Positions 1-12,049 of a DNA stretch of 64,000 nucleotides are shown one piece after another; within the stretch, counting starts at the first letter, position 1; every line of letters begins with the position of its first letter. Below the pieces are notes generated by a model. That model saw only the letters and a list, made by a program, of their open reading frames with translations, was not told the origin of the DNA and searched no databases. Position numbers and translations under genes: made by a program. The stretch comes from Squalus acanthias (taxonomy: Eukaryota): positions 128,218,001-128,282,000 of the forward strand of contig CM059431.1 in assembly GCA_030390025.1 (NCBI GenBank). Direction: 5' to 3'.

Positions 1-657
1 TTACAGGCCTTGCTTACTTTTATTATGACACCTATAATGGATCATCCGAGCGCATAATATGATTTTGCCTTGTGAGCAGAGCTGCACAATCTGCAAGGGG
101 TGCTCTAGAGAGCACAGTCTTGGGATTTGACGTCTTTAAAGCCTGTAGAAAAATGTAAAGGTCTGGCATTACTCATTATTGAAGTGCTCATCCCTAAGTT
201 GAAATTTGTTCCACAAAAGACAAACATCTTTCATATTATTTCTGTTCCCTGTAGCAATATCTAATCAAATGTCATTGTTGGCACCATCGCTTTCTGAAAG
301 ATTATTCATTTTGTTGTTTTACTGTAGGTCTATGCTAGAGGTCTGGAATAAATGTATTTTATTAGTGTTTTTTAAAATGTATTTCCTTTGGGTGGTTCAC
401 TTGCGATATTACAGAAATTGATTAGAAAAGCAGATCATTGTGAATTAGCAATTTGGATGGTGGAAGATAGCATTTAATTAACTTTGAGATAAATAGCACT
501 ATTTTTCTTTCTTTGGGAGTCTCACTAGGCCAGAAGATGAGAGACGTTTGCTGCTGGACTGCGGGATTAGTATCTACACAAAGAATTATGTATTTTGAGC
601 CCTGTTGAAATAATTAGCTTAGAGGTGCAATCACTTTTGCTGCCCAGTAAAGAGTAT

Positions 658-1531
658 GGCCGCGATTTTTCCAGTCGATGCAGCTTGGGGGGGGGCAGCT
701 GCCTTCCGGGTTCTAGTCCCGCCCCCATGACATCCGACGCACAGACGCAATTCTGTGTCAATTGGCCTTATTAAGCCTGCCCTGCGGGCTTGCCAGCCAA
801 TTAAGAGGAAGCCGGTGTCAGATGACGTCAGTTGATGACCCGTCATCTGCCGGTTTTCTTAAAGGGGCCACGCACAATTTTTTTTGACAGCTGATTTTTC
901 AGTGTTTGACAGCATTGAGGTGCTGCAAACACTGACAATCACTGTACAGAGGTGAGCCCTTGCCCCCAGGCTCTCCAGTGACTCCCTCCTTAGGCTAGAA
1001 CAGATGGCAGCTGCAGCTGAGGTTACAGAAGTGATCTGTCACTGGTGAGAGAGGTTCTCCCAAAGAGGTGGGACTACACAAACAAATCAAAACTTGTCAC
1101 CTACAGAAAAATCTAAATACATTAAAAATGATTTTTCCAACATTTTCTTACCTCTGAAACTCACCAGTGTACCATTGGATCCTTCACACCACTTCTGCAG
1201 CTGTCATCAATGCACAAACATTACAGTAGACCTACAGCACGCCACACTTACCTGGCATGGTGTCCGGATGTTGGGAAGCCGGCAGTCGACCTGTCAAAAT
1301 TGCAAAAAGCCTCTTAACTGCCTGCTAACAACCTGTTAACAAGCAGTTAAGTGCCTAAAATCCTCTTCCCACCGCTAGGTGTTGGGTCCATGCGCAAATC
1401 GGGGACCCGACACCTGGGACGATTGTCTGGAGGTGGGTTGACAGCGAGTTTCTGACCCGCTGTCAATCTTTGCATTTTGCCAGATGTCCCACTTCCAAAC
1501 GCGCCCCCTGAGTGCTGGCAAAATTCCCCCC
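658..1531. mobile_element. Non-autonomous PIF/Harbinger-like element (MITE)
   Basis: Imperfect TIRs GGCCGCGATTTTTCCA / TGGCAAAATTCCCCCC with a 3-bp TAT duplication at 655-657 and 1532-1534. The left part resembles 10789-11486. Confidence 0.7.
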
Positions 1532-2206
1532 TATATGTTGGTAAGCTTTAGTGCTTTTAACTTTCAAATGGAAATTATGACTATTAGCACTGGCTGAGCT
1601 AGATTTTACTACAAGCTTAAAATGTAATGGATGGAATCTTTTTCTGATAACACAAATCATTCCATTATTATCATGGAGTCCCCGTGAGATGAGTACAAAT
1701 CCAAGCCAGAGATGTTAACTAAACTGAATTTGGTTGACTTGACTGAGCTAAATCAAAACTAACCCTGAGTTTAGACTACTCAGATTATGAAGCATGTACA
1801 TTTTTGGACACTGTTCCTAGTGACCAAGCTAGCATGCTCTAAATTGATCAAATGGAAGATATAATGCAGTCAGGTGGACGTAGGCTTGCGACAGGAACAA
1901 AAATATTTGGTCAGAGGCCTTACTCTATCCAGTTGCTCCTCTTGGAAACAGGCATTGAGCTTGATACTCTTTGCAGTTAGACTGAAAACAGGAATGAACT
2001 TTTCCTGCAACTGAAAGAAGTCTAGCTACGTGTTTCCAGTTGAGGAGAAAGGGCAGAGTAATTTTAGTTTAAAGGTAATATTTCTTGCAGGGGAAGGACG
2101 AGCAAATGTACACTATGTTGCCCAGATTATAGATTTTGTTTTAAATGGTTTGCGCTCAACTATGGGGCAAAACTGATGAAGCGACTGCAACGAGTGCCCG
2201 AAAGGC

Positions 2207-2640
2207 CAACAACAACAACTTGCATTTGTATAGCGCCTTTAACGTAGTAAAACATCCCAAGGCGCTTCACAGGACCATTAGCAAACAAAATTTGACACTG
2301 AGCCACATAACGAGATATTAGGGCAGGGAGGTAAGTTTTAAGGAGCATCATTAAGGGGGAAAGAGAGGTAGAGAGACCGAGAGGATTAGGGAGGGAATTC
2401 CAGAGCTTAGGGCCTTGGCAGCTGAAGGTACGGCCGCCAAGGGTGGAGCGATTAAAATCGGGGATGCTCAAGAGGCCGGAATTGGAGGAGAGCAGATATC
2501 TTGGAGGGTCATAGGACTGGAGGAGGTTACAGAGAGAGCGGGGGCGAGGTCATGGAGGGATTTGAAAAGAAGGATTAGAATTTTAAAATCGAGGCGTTGC
2601 TCAACCTGGAGACATTGTAGGTCAGCGAGCACAGGGATCA
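2207..2640 (-). mobile_element. L2-clade LINE 3' fragment
   Basis: Minus-strand peptide GGRTFSCQGPKLWNSLP...LLKTYL is the typical L2 ORF2 C-terminus. It is followed by a 3' UTR ending in a (GTT)n tail. Confidence 0.75.
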
Positions 2641-3236
2641 GCTGAGAGGGCCTGAAATTGTTCCTCAGGCCTCAAACCATGAAAGTGGTGAGCTGGGGGT
2701 ACCAATTGGGTATCCCAATGCAGCTTGCCGGTCGGCCCCAGAGCAAGATTGACCAGCTCGGACGCCAGCAGCGGCACTCGGGTAGGTCCTGGGATGGAAT
2801 GGAAGGGGCAAACAGGAGGGGGCGAGCCCACAGTGTAACTATGGAGCCAGGAGGTGCAGGTAAGTTAAAAGGTACTTACATGTCTTCAGTGTCCTCCAGT
2901 GGTCGCTTTAACTAAAATATATATCATCTTGCCAGATTATTTAATTATAGAGTTTGAGCCGCTGGTTAGTCCACTGTAGAACCTAGAAAACTAGTCTGAG
3001 CTTGCACAACGCAAAGCTCTGCCTAATTTTTGACCAATTGCAGAGAGAGGTTCTTAAACAAGTATTAGGCCCCTCATTAGCATATGCGAGGGTCCTAACG
3101 CTTGTTTAAGGCAACTGCCAAGGATGCCTAAATATTGCCCAAGCCAATATGGATTTGGACATATTTCAGGTGCCCTTGGGGACACACCCAACAAAAGGGC
3201 AAAGCACGTTCCAATTTTGTTCCTGAAATACATTAA

Positions 3237-3667
3237 TTGGGTCGATTGGGCTTATACTTGCTGGAGTATAGAAGAATGAGAGGGGATCTCATCGAAACAT
3301 ATAAAATTCTGACAGGTCTGGACAAACTAGATGCAGGAAGAATGTTCCCGATGGTCGGAGAGTCCAGAACCAGGGGTCATAATCAAAGTATAATGGGTAA
3401 GCCATTTAGGACAGAAATGAGGAAGAATTTCTTCACCCAGAGAGTGATGAACCTGTGGAATTCTCTACCACAGAAGGTAGTTGAGGCCAAGTCATTAAAT
3501 ATATTCAAGAATGAGTTAGATATATTTCTTAAAGCTAAAGGTATCAAGGGATATGGGGAGAAGGCAGGTACAGGGTACTGAGTTTGGATGATCAGCCATG
3601 ATCTCATCGAATGGCGGAGCAGGCTCGAGGGGCCGAATGGCCTACTCCTGCTCCTATCTTCTATGTT
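3237..3667 (+). mobile_element. CR1 LINE 3' fragment
   Basis: RRMRGDLIETYKIL...FFTQRVMNLWNSLP C-terminus followed by the GGCCGAATGGCC hairpin and a TTCTATG-type tail. Confidence 0.9.
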
Positions 3668-4113
3668 AATCTGTCTACTCGACATCCAAGATAGGGAAAC
3701 TGAAATCAATCCTGTCATCATCTATGATAGTGCTATAAAACCATTGGTATATCCACTGATATCAGTTATAGTATTTAAAATTGTCTTCCTCACACTTCTT
3801 TGTAAACACTCTGCCTGGAGTTGATGTTGCTATTAGTCATGATACATTTCTTGTGAATATGGGTCAGATGATTTTAAGTCTATTTCTTAATTGTTATTGT
3901 TACTGCAGCTTAAAAATGGATATCATTGGAATAACGAACATAACAGCACATGTATATTTTACCATGTCAATCATTGTTTAAGTGTGCAGCTCTGCCTCAA
4001 GCTAAAACAATCACTGCATACAAACAAATTATGGCAATTTCTGTCTTTTTTTCATACAGTGTTTTAAATAGCTAAAGTAAAATTAAAGCTTTCTTCTCTT
4101 AACAAAATTCTAA

Positions 4114-7100
4114 TTTTTTTTATTCGCTTATGGGATCTGGGCGTCGCTGGCAAGGCCAGCATTTATTGCTCATCCCTAATTGCCCTTGAGAAGGTGGTGG
4201 TGAGCCACCTTCTTGAACTACTGCAGTCCGTGTGGTGAAGGTACTCCCACAGGGCTGTTAGATAGGGAGTTCCTGGATTTTGACCCAGTGACAATGAAGG
4301 ATCGGCGATATACTTCTAAGTCAGGATGGTGTGTGACTTGGAGGGGAACTTGGAGGTGGTGGTTTTCCCATGCGCCTGCTGCCCTTGTCTTTCTAGGTTG
4401 AAGAGGTCGCGGGTTTGGGAGCTGCTGCCGAAGAAACCTTGGCAAGTTGCTGCAGTGCATCTTGTAGATGGTACACACTGCAGCCAAGGAGCGCTGGTGG
4501 TGGAGGGAGTGATTGTTTAAGGTGGTGTATGGGGTGCCAATCAAATGGGCTGCTTTGTCCTGGATAGTGTCGAGCTTCTTGAGTGTTGTTGCAGCTGCAC
4601 TCATCCAGGCAAGTGGAGATTATTCCATCACACTCCTGACTTGTGCCTTGTAGATGGTGGAAAGGCTTTGGGGAGTCAGGAGATGAGACACTCGCCGCAG
4701 AATACCTAGCCTCTGACCTGCTCTCGTTGCCACAGTATTTATGTGGCTGGTCCAGTTAAGTTTCTGGTCAATGGTGACCCCCAGGATGTTGATGGTGGGG
4801 GATTCGGTGATGGTAATGCTGTTGAATGTCAAGGGGAGGTGGTTAGATTCTTGCTTGTTGGAGATAGTCATTGCCTGGCACTTGTGTGGCACGAATGTTA
4901 CCTGCCACTTATCAGCCCAAGCCTGAACGTCATCCAGGTCTTGTTGCATACGGCCATGGACTGCTTCATTATCTGAGGAGTTGTGAATGGCGCTGAACAC
5001 TGTGCAGTCATCAGCGAACATCCCCATTTCTAACCTTATGTTGGAGGGAAGGTCATTGATGAAGCAGCTGAAGATGGCTGAACCTAGGACACTGCCCTGA
5101 GGAACTCCTGCAGCGATGTCCTGGTGCTGTGATGATTGACCTTCAATCAGCACAACCATCTTCCTTTGTGCTAGGTATGACTCCAGCCAGTGGAGCATTT
5201 TCCCCCTGATTCCCATTGACTTCAGTTTTATTGGGGCTCCTTGATGCCACACTCGGTCAAATGCTGCCTTGATGTCAAGGGCAGTCACTCTCACCTCACC
5301 TCTGGAATTCAGCTCTTTGGTCCATGTTTGGACCAAGGCTATAATGCCTGTCGTGAGCCGAGTGGTCTTGACGGAACCCAAACTGGGCATCAGCGAGCAG
5401 GTTATTGGTGAGTAAATGCCGTTTGATAGCACTGTCGATGACACCTTCCATCACTTTGCTGATGATTGAGATTAGACTGATAGGGCGGTAATTGGCCGGG
5501 TTAGATTTGTCCTGCTTTTTGTGGACAGGACATACCTGGGCAGTTTTACACATTGTCGTGTAGATGCCAGTGTTGTAGCTGTACTGGAACAGCTTGGCTA
5601 GAGGTGCACAAGTCTTCAGCACGATAGCCGGAACGTTGTCGGGACCCATAACCTTTGCTGTATCCAGTGCGCTCAACCGTTTCTTGATATCACGTGGAGT
5701 GAATCGGATTGTCTGAAGACTCGTTCTGTGATGGTGAGGACCTCGGGAGTAGGCCGAGATGGATCATCCATTCGGCACTTCTGGCTGAAGATGGTTGCCA
5801 ATACTTCAGCCTTGTCTTTTGCACTCACGTGCTGGGCTCCACCATCATTGAGGATGGGGATATTCATGGAGCCTCCTCCTCCCGTTAGTTGTTTAATGGT
5901 CCACCACGATTCACTTCTGGATGTGGCAGGACTGCAGAGCTTTGATCTGATCCGTTGATTGTGGAATCGCTTAGCCCTGTCTATAGCATGTTGCTTCCAC
6001 TTTTTAGCATGCATGCTGTCCTGTGTTGCAGCTTCCCCAGGTTGTCACCTCATTTTTAGGTACGCCTGGTGCTGCTCCCGGCATGCTCTTCTACACTCCT
6101 TATTGAACTAGGGTTGGACCCCTGGCTTGGTGGTAATGGTAGAGTGAGGAATATGCTGGGCCATGAGGTTGCAGATTGTGGTGGAATACAATTCTGCTGC
6201 TGCTGATGGCCCACAGCGCCTCATGGATGCCCAGTTTTGAGCTGCTAGATCTGTTCTGAATCTATCCCATTTAGCACGGTGGTAGAGCCACACAACATGA
6301 TGGTGGGTGTCCTCAGTATGAAGGCGGTACTTCGTCTCCACAATGTCTGTGCGGTGGTCACTGCTACCAATGCTGTCATGGACAGATGCATCTGCAACAG
6401 GTAGATTGGTGAGGACGAGGTCAAGTAGGTTTTTTCCTAATGTTGGTTCTCTCACCACCTGTCGCAGGCCCAGCCTGGCAGTTATGTCGTTCAGGACTCA
6501 GCCAGCTCGGTCAGTATTGGTGCTATCGAGCCACTCTTGATGATGGACATTGAAGTCCCCCACCCAAAGTACATTCTGTGCCCTTGCTACGCTCAGTGCT
6601 TCTTCTAAGTGATGTTCAATATGGAGGAGTACAGATTCATCAGCTGAGGGAGGGCGGTAGGTGGTAATCAGCAGGAGGTTTCCTTGCCCATGTTTGACCT
6701 GAAGACATGAGACTTGATGGGGCCCGGAGTTAATGTTGAGAACTCACAGGGCCACTCCTTCCCGACTGTATACCAATGTGCCGCCACCCCTGGTGGGTCT
6801 GTCCTGCCGGTGGGACAGGGCATACCCAGGGATGGTGATGGAGGAGTTTGGGACATCGGCTGAAAGGTATGATTCTGTGAGTATGACTATGTCTGGCTGT
6901 TGCTTGACTAATCTGTGGGACAGCTCTCCCAATTTTGGCACAAGTCCCCAGATGTTGCTGAGGAGGACTTTGCAGGGTTGACTGGGCTGGGTGTGCCGTT
7001 GCCGTGTCCGTAGCCGGTGCGGGGCGGTCCGTACGGTTTCATTCTTATTATGTTTCGTAGCGGTTAGTTACAACTGAGTGACTTGCTAGGCCATTTCAGA

Positions 7101-7397
7101 GGGCAGTTAAGAGTCAACCACATTGCTGTGGATCTGGAGTCACATATAGGCCAGACCAGGTAAGGACGGCAGATTTCCTTTCCCTAAAGGACATTAGTGA
7201 ACCAGATGGGTTTTTACGACAATCTGATAGTTTCATGGTTACCATTACTGAACTAGCTTTTTATTCCAGATATATTTAATTAACTGAATTTAAATTCCCC
7301 AGCTGCCGTGGTGGGATTTTGAACTCACGTCTCTGGATCATTAATCCAGGCCTCTGGATTACTAGCCCAGTGACATTACCATTACGCTACCGTTCCC
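4114..7397 (-). mobile_element. Full-length ORF1-less non-LTR retrotransposon (CR1/Jockey group, APE+RT) with tRNA-like 5' head, copy 1 (frameshifted)
   Basis: EN start KVLLSNIWGL..PDIVILTESYL. RT motifs [34 protein letters not shown]. The 3' end is AATAAATGCTGGCC...GAAT-poly(A). About 400 bp of 5' UTR starts with A/B boxes. Confidence 0.9.
7314..7389 (-). promoter_or_regulatory. Pol III type-2 internal promoter (A box + B box) at LINE 5' end
   Basis: A box TAGCGTAATGG (7389-7379) fits TRGCNNARYGG. B box GTTCAAAATCC at 7324-7314. Confidence 0.7.
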
Positions 7398-9229
7398 TGG
7401 CCAGGAGATGAGGTAATACATTTTCTGAAATTCTAGTGACAGTACAGAGCCTTTCTAGTAACAGTGCAGGGCAAAAAATTGAACACATGACCTCACACAC
7501 CTGATTCACTGTGCACTGCGTTTCAAGGTCCAGAATAAGGTTATACTACAGGTAGACGAGAGCTTCATTTAAGTAGAATGCTTATTCAAAATTGATGAGT
7601 TTCCAGTGAGGAACCCCCTACATGCACCCATCTCTCTCAAATAAAGTAGGCACAGTGAGAGTCCTTGCACCTGGCCTACTTAAGTAGGGTTCTTAAAGGG
7701 AGATCATAGTTTGAGTAACTGTTAAAAGTGTTCATTATTTGAGTTTTAAATTCCATTTTGCTCCTTGCATTTGTCGGTTTTGCTGGGTAGTTTGTTGCTT
7801 TTGCATTTTTTTTTACAATAGTTTCCTTCATTATATTTGCTTGCTGCTGCCATTTAAATAGCACCTTACAGTGTGGCGAGGATGGGAATTTATTTGGCTG
7901 TATGATTTAGATGAAGATGACAAATCCCTGAGGGAACAACAAATAAAGGAGCAATGAAACTTGAGGCATTTTTCTGCACTCATCACTACCGAGTTTATAG
8001 GTACGTCCACATATGATTGGGTGAGTGGGTGAATGGTGTATGTGGCTGCCCCATGTCTGAAGGGGCTGGCTTAACAGACTGGATGGTCTTTTACTATCCC
8101 TTAGGCATGCTTGTACCTGGACGTGCCAGCAGAGACCGGAACAACTTTTCTGCCACGACCACAATTTTACTTTTACTGGAAAGTTGCAGATCTTCAGAAG
8201 CTGCTGTCGCATCAGATTTTACCATCCCTAGCCAAGTGTTTTATGGAACCAATTCTCTGCTTAAGCTTTTCATGTGCTTGTAGCATATTCAAATTAAGGA
8301 AAGAAACTCCTGTCACAAAATTTTGGCATGGCATATCCACTAAGTTGCCAGTTCAGGCGAGTCAGCTCCATGGCTAGCTCAGCCCATTTTTTGGCTTTGT
8401 TGCAAAACTCGAGCTCAAATATCTACAGGTCCCAGGCCAGGCTAATTGAAGTGGAAATTATTCAGGATAGTGCAGCTTTTTTTTTGGGTGCAAATTGAAT
8501 TAAACGTGGTTAAGGCACTTATCAGTAATGTGAGGCCAAGGTGGCACAAGAACGAACCTTGCACAGTGCCTTGCACCATTGTATCTTTAATCAAGATTGA
8601 TTAAATAACAGAGACTTCACAGGCCTTTTGAGTGTTCAAGTGCTGGAGAATTCTTTCATATCTGGCTGGAGATCCAGGCCCCAAATTTCCTCAAGCATTG
8701 CATCAGGAAGGCATTGTAATCTTGTTAGACAGGGAGGAAAATCAGGCAGGGAGCTATTCTGCTGGTTCCCCAGGAGTTCATCTCCCAATGTTATTTCAAG
8801 CATTTTCCACTGGACATGACTTCGGATGTATAATAAACCGACCCAAGTATGAACAGGCATTTTATAATGGGAAGCAAATTCTGACTTATCCACAACTTGA
8901 TGTCAGACAGGCAGTATGTGAAGTCAAAGACAGTGGTGGAGAGATTAAACTCAATTTACATATGGAAACTATCCCCAAGAAGTAAAGAAGTAAAGAAGGA
9001 AAAGGAGGACAAGGATGGGACCTTGGTATGTACCAGAGCTGACCTTTGGGGATAGGAGGAGAAGCCATTGTGAGAGATGTATTGGCTGAATTGGTACAAG
9101 TAGGCGTGGAACCATGCAGGGGCATTGTTATAAAGGTGGACCATAGAACAGAGATGCTGTGGGGAGGATAGATGATTGAACATATTGAATGCCATTAAAT
9201 TGATCAAGGAGACAATGCACCATGGCCTT

Positions 9230-9400
9230 CCCTTTTGTTCTTTCCTCCCTTCTGTCCCTCTTTCCCTGCTTCCTTATTTGCTTAAAACCTGTTACATCTC
9301 TAACTTCTTCCAGTTCTAACGAAAGTCATCGACCTGAAATGTTAACTTTGTTTCTCGCTCCACAGATGCTAAATATTTCCAACATTTTCTGTTTTTATTT
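9230..9400 (+). mobile_element. Old Penelope-derived remnant with degenerate hammerhead core
   Basis: CTAACGAAAGTCATCGACCTGAAATGTT resembles CTGANGA-stem-GAAAC. The following CACAGATGCT...TATTTCCA.CATTTTCTGTTTTTATTT is related to 47380-47520. Confidence 0.45.
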
Positions 9401-9714
9401 CAACTTGGCTGCTGCTGAACCTGACAAATTTTCCATGGCTGGTCTAATTTGAGTAATTTTGGAGGGCTCCTCGTGGCACTCTTATCTTGGGACAGGGATA
9501 ATGTGGAAAATGGCTGCTGGAAGCCTCAGGTGCCAGCAGCAGTGATGCGGGGCTGGCTGTTTCCAGCACAACTGAAACATAGATCCATTTTTTATTAAAT
9601 ATTAAAAAAACAGGGTTTCAGACTGCAATTGATTGTCCTGCGATCAATTGCATACCTTAACAGATACAATTAAAATACAGTAAATAGATAACAACACTAG
9701 ATATCAGAAACATA

Positions 9715-9875
9715 TTGGAGCTTTCAAGACTGATAGCGATAGATTTTTGTTAGGAAAGGGTATCAAGGGATATGGAGCTAAGGCAGGTAAATGGAGTTGA
9801 GGTACATATCAACCATGATCTAATTGAATGGCAGAGCAGTCTCGAGGGGCTGAATGACCTACTCCTGTTCCTATA
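9715..9875 (+). mobile_element. CR1 3' end remnant
   Basis: AAGGGTATCAAGGGATATGG...CTCGAGGGGCTGAATGACCTACTCCTG matches the other CR1 3' UTRs in the window. Confidence 0.75.
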
Positions 9876-10436
9876 TCATATTGGTATTCCTTGTGTCCAA
9901 TGTTGCTATGGCAGCAACGATGGAAAAATTTACATCACATTCTCATTACCATGCAATTTTAATACACCTACCCATATTTGGGTAGGCATATCTGATAGTT
10001 GCTTTCACCTCTGGCAGAAAATCCTGGAAGTGACAGCGATTAGCATGGGGCTGGTGGAACAGATTCTTAGTCAATTCCTTGCGCCTGCCTGCCCCAAGCC
10101 TGCCTAAAATCAGGTGGAAAGCCTGTGGAAAATTGAAACTAATGTGTTCATATGAAATTCCTTTGTCCACTCTTTTAACAGACAAAACTGTATCATTTCA
10201 AGGTGTTAATTCTATCTCAAGAATCAAAAGAACCAGAGTAATGAAAATAAAGTCAGTCTGAAGCCTGAAGGCTGTGACTAACATTGAGAAATATATGTTT
10301 TTATGTGTGTCCTTGCAAATCGCTCCCAAAATATAGGAGAAGAAAAGTCCAAACCATCACAGATTGACTTGACAAAGATGTTAGCTTGGTTGGCTAGTCT
10401 GGTTGGTCCTTGCATTGATAATATGGACAGTAAACA

Positions 10437-10605
10437 CTATCTATCTGTCCTATCTGTAAGTGTGCCACTTTCTTTATCATGTTCTGCAACATCAAGCTCA
10501 AAAGTGTCAGGAGGAAGTTCATCATCTGGTTCTTCTTCTACTTCTTTAGCATTATCTTCTGTTTTACTTGTTTCCCCATCTCTTTCTAGTTTGTTTCAAT
10601 CTTCA
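10437..10605 (-). CDS. Candidate terminal exon encoding an acidic peptide, with in-frame TGA at codon 3
   Basis: Acceptor cttcctttgtacctttttttattAG, then ED[TGA]NKLERDGETSKTEDNAKEVEEEPDDELPPDTFELDVAEHDKESGTLTDRTDR-TAG. The sequence is unique (not repeat-like) and the gene is not identified. Confidence 0.35.
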
Positions 10606-10788
10606 CTAATAAAAAAAGGTACAAAGGAAGATATGCTAGCTATGAACTTCTGAGTTATAAGAGAAGACAGGTTAGTCATACTGAAGCAGAAGAGAACCAT
10701 CCAAACTAACCAATTGGGGGGGTCATACTGCCAACCCCACATCATATTGTGGTGTGTCTTATCCTCCAAAGTGACCAGTCAGAAATAT

Positions 10789-11486
10789 GGGGGTGATTTT
10801 GCCAATGGGCGCGCGTTGGAGGCGGGACTGCTGCTTGTCGGGTTTTAGTCCCGCCTCCATCGACTTGTGGCCAAGCCACGCTATTTTCCCTTGATTGACC
10901 TTGTTAAGCCTGCCCAGCGGGCTTAGCAGGCCAATTAAGGGGAAGCCGGTTACAGAGAACGTCAGCATATGACGTTTCATCTGTCAAAAACTTTTGACAG
11001 ATGAATTGTCATCGTTTGACAGCTTTGAGAAGCTGTCAAACACTGACATTCTCTGTTATTCGGTGAGTTCTTATACTCAAGGCTCACCAAACCTATTTTC
11101 TGAGCAGAAAGCAGATGGCTGTTGCATCGGAGAATGCAGCAGCCATTCTGTTATCTGTGCTGTGGAGATGCCGGAGCCTCCGGATCCCCAACAATTGAAG
11201 CCTGCAGGAAGAAACAAAGGTAAGGAAACTTTTTCTAACACTTTTCACTCACCTCACATACTTACCTCTCCACACTTGCACCCATCACTCACCTCCACAG
11301 TGCACTTTATACCCCTCCGACCCCCGCAGACCCACTGCTCGCCTCGCTGACCCTGGCGGGGTTTCCCGACGTCGGGAAGCCCGCACCTGATGGAAAAATG
11401 GGATGGGTACCCGCCCCCAGATTCTACCATTTTCCCGGCAGTCCCGCCTCCAAGCCCGCCTCCCCAGGGCTGGCAAAATCACCCCC
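10789..11486. mobile_element. Harbinger-like MITE
   Basis: Perfect 16-bp TIR GGGGGTGATTTTGCCA / TGGCAAAATCACCCCC. Confidence 0.8.
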
Positions 11487-12049
11487 CCTGGTGTTGGAAA
11501 TAAAAAAGAAAAACATCTTCATCATTACAGTTTGCATTAACTGTTTCCTGTAGATCACATTTTCATTTCTGACCCTTGATAATCAGACTGTGCTAGTACC
11601 AGATACAAAACTTGGAATGGACCATTACACTATTGCCATTAATAGTAAGATCATTGAGCACATGCAAAAAAGCATATATGTAGGAGATTTGTAATCCTTT
11701 TCCTGCAATCAATCCCACTGGCATCAATTTTATAGATTTCCGTAACACAAACATACCTACTATTTGAAATACTTAGAGGCAGCACTAGCATGTTGTTTCC
11801 CAGTGTTCTACAGTGATCTTTTACAGAACAGTTGCAGTTGATTTATCAGCCAAAGGTTTATTAACAGCAATTTACCAATCTTCTACATCACAAAGTACAC
11901 TTGTAGAAAATTAGTTGAGAATCATTAAATCCTTTTGTCTCTTTTAAAATCAGACCACGACAGATGAGGTGTTTTTTCACCAGGTCATTACAATTGATCC
12001 AAATGAGGATTCATTGTATTGAGTTTCTTGGTGTAATGTTCATGAAGAA

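Noticed and set aside
7870..8230. Plus-strand exon-like stretch (VWRGWEFIWLYDLDEDD...)
   Set aside because: Short, with stops, and the downstream sequence looks like a heavily decayed Harbinger remnant. It cannot be supported as a gene.
10140..10360. SECIS element downstream of the TGA exon
   Set aside because: The RTGA candidates lack the apical AA at 11-12 nt and a paired GA quartet.
10303..10653. Ser-rich 116-aa plus-strand ORF
   Set aside because: It is the antisense shadow of the Glu/Asp-rich minus-strand frame.
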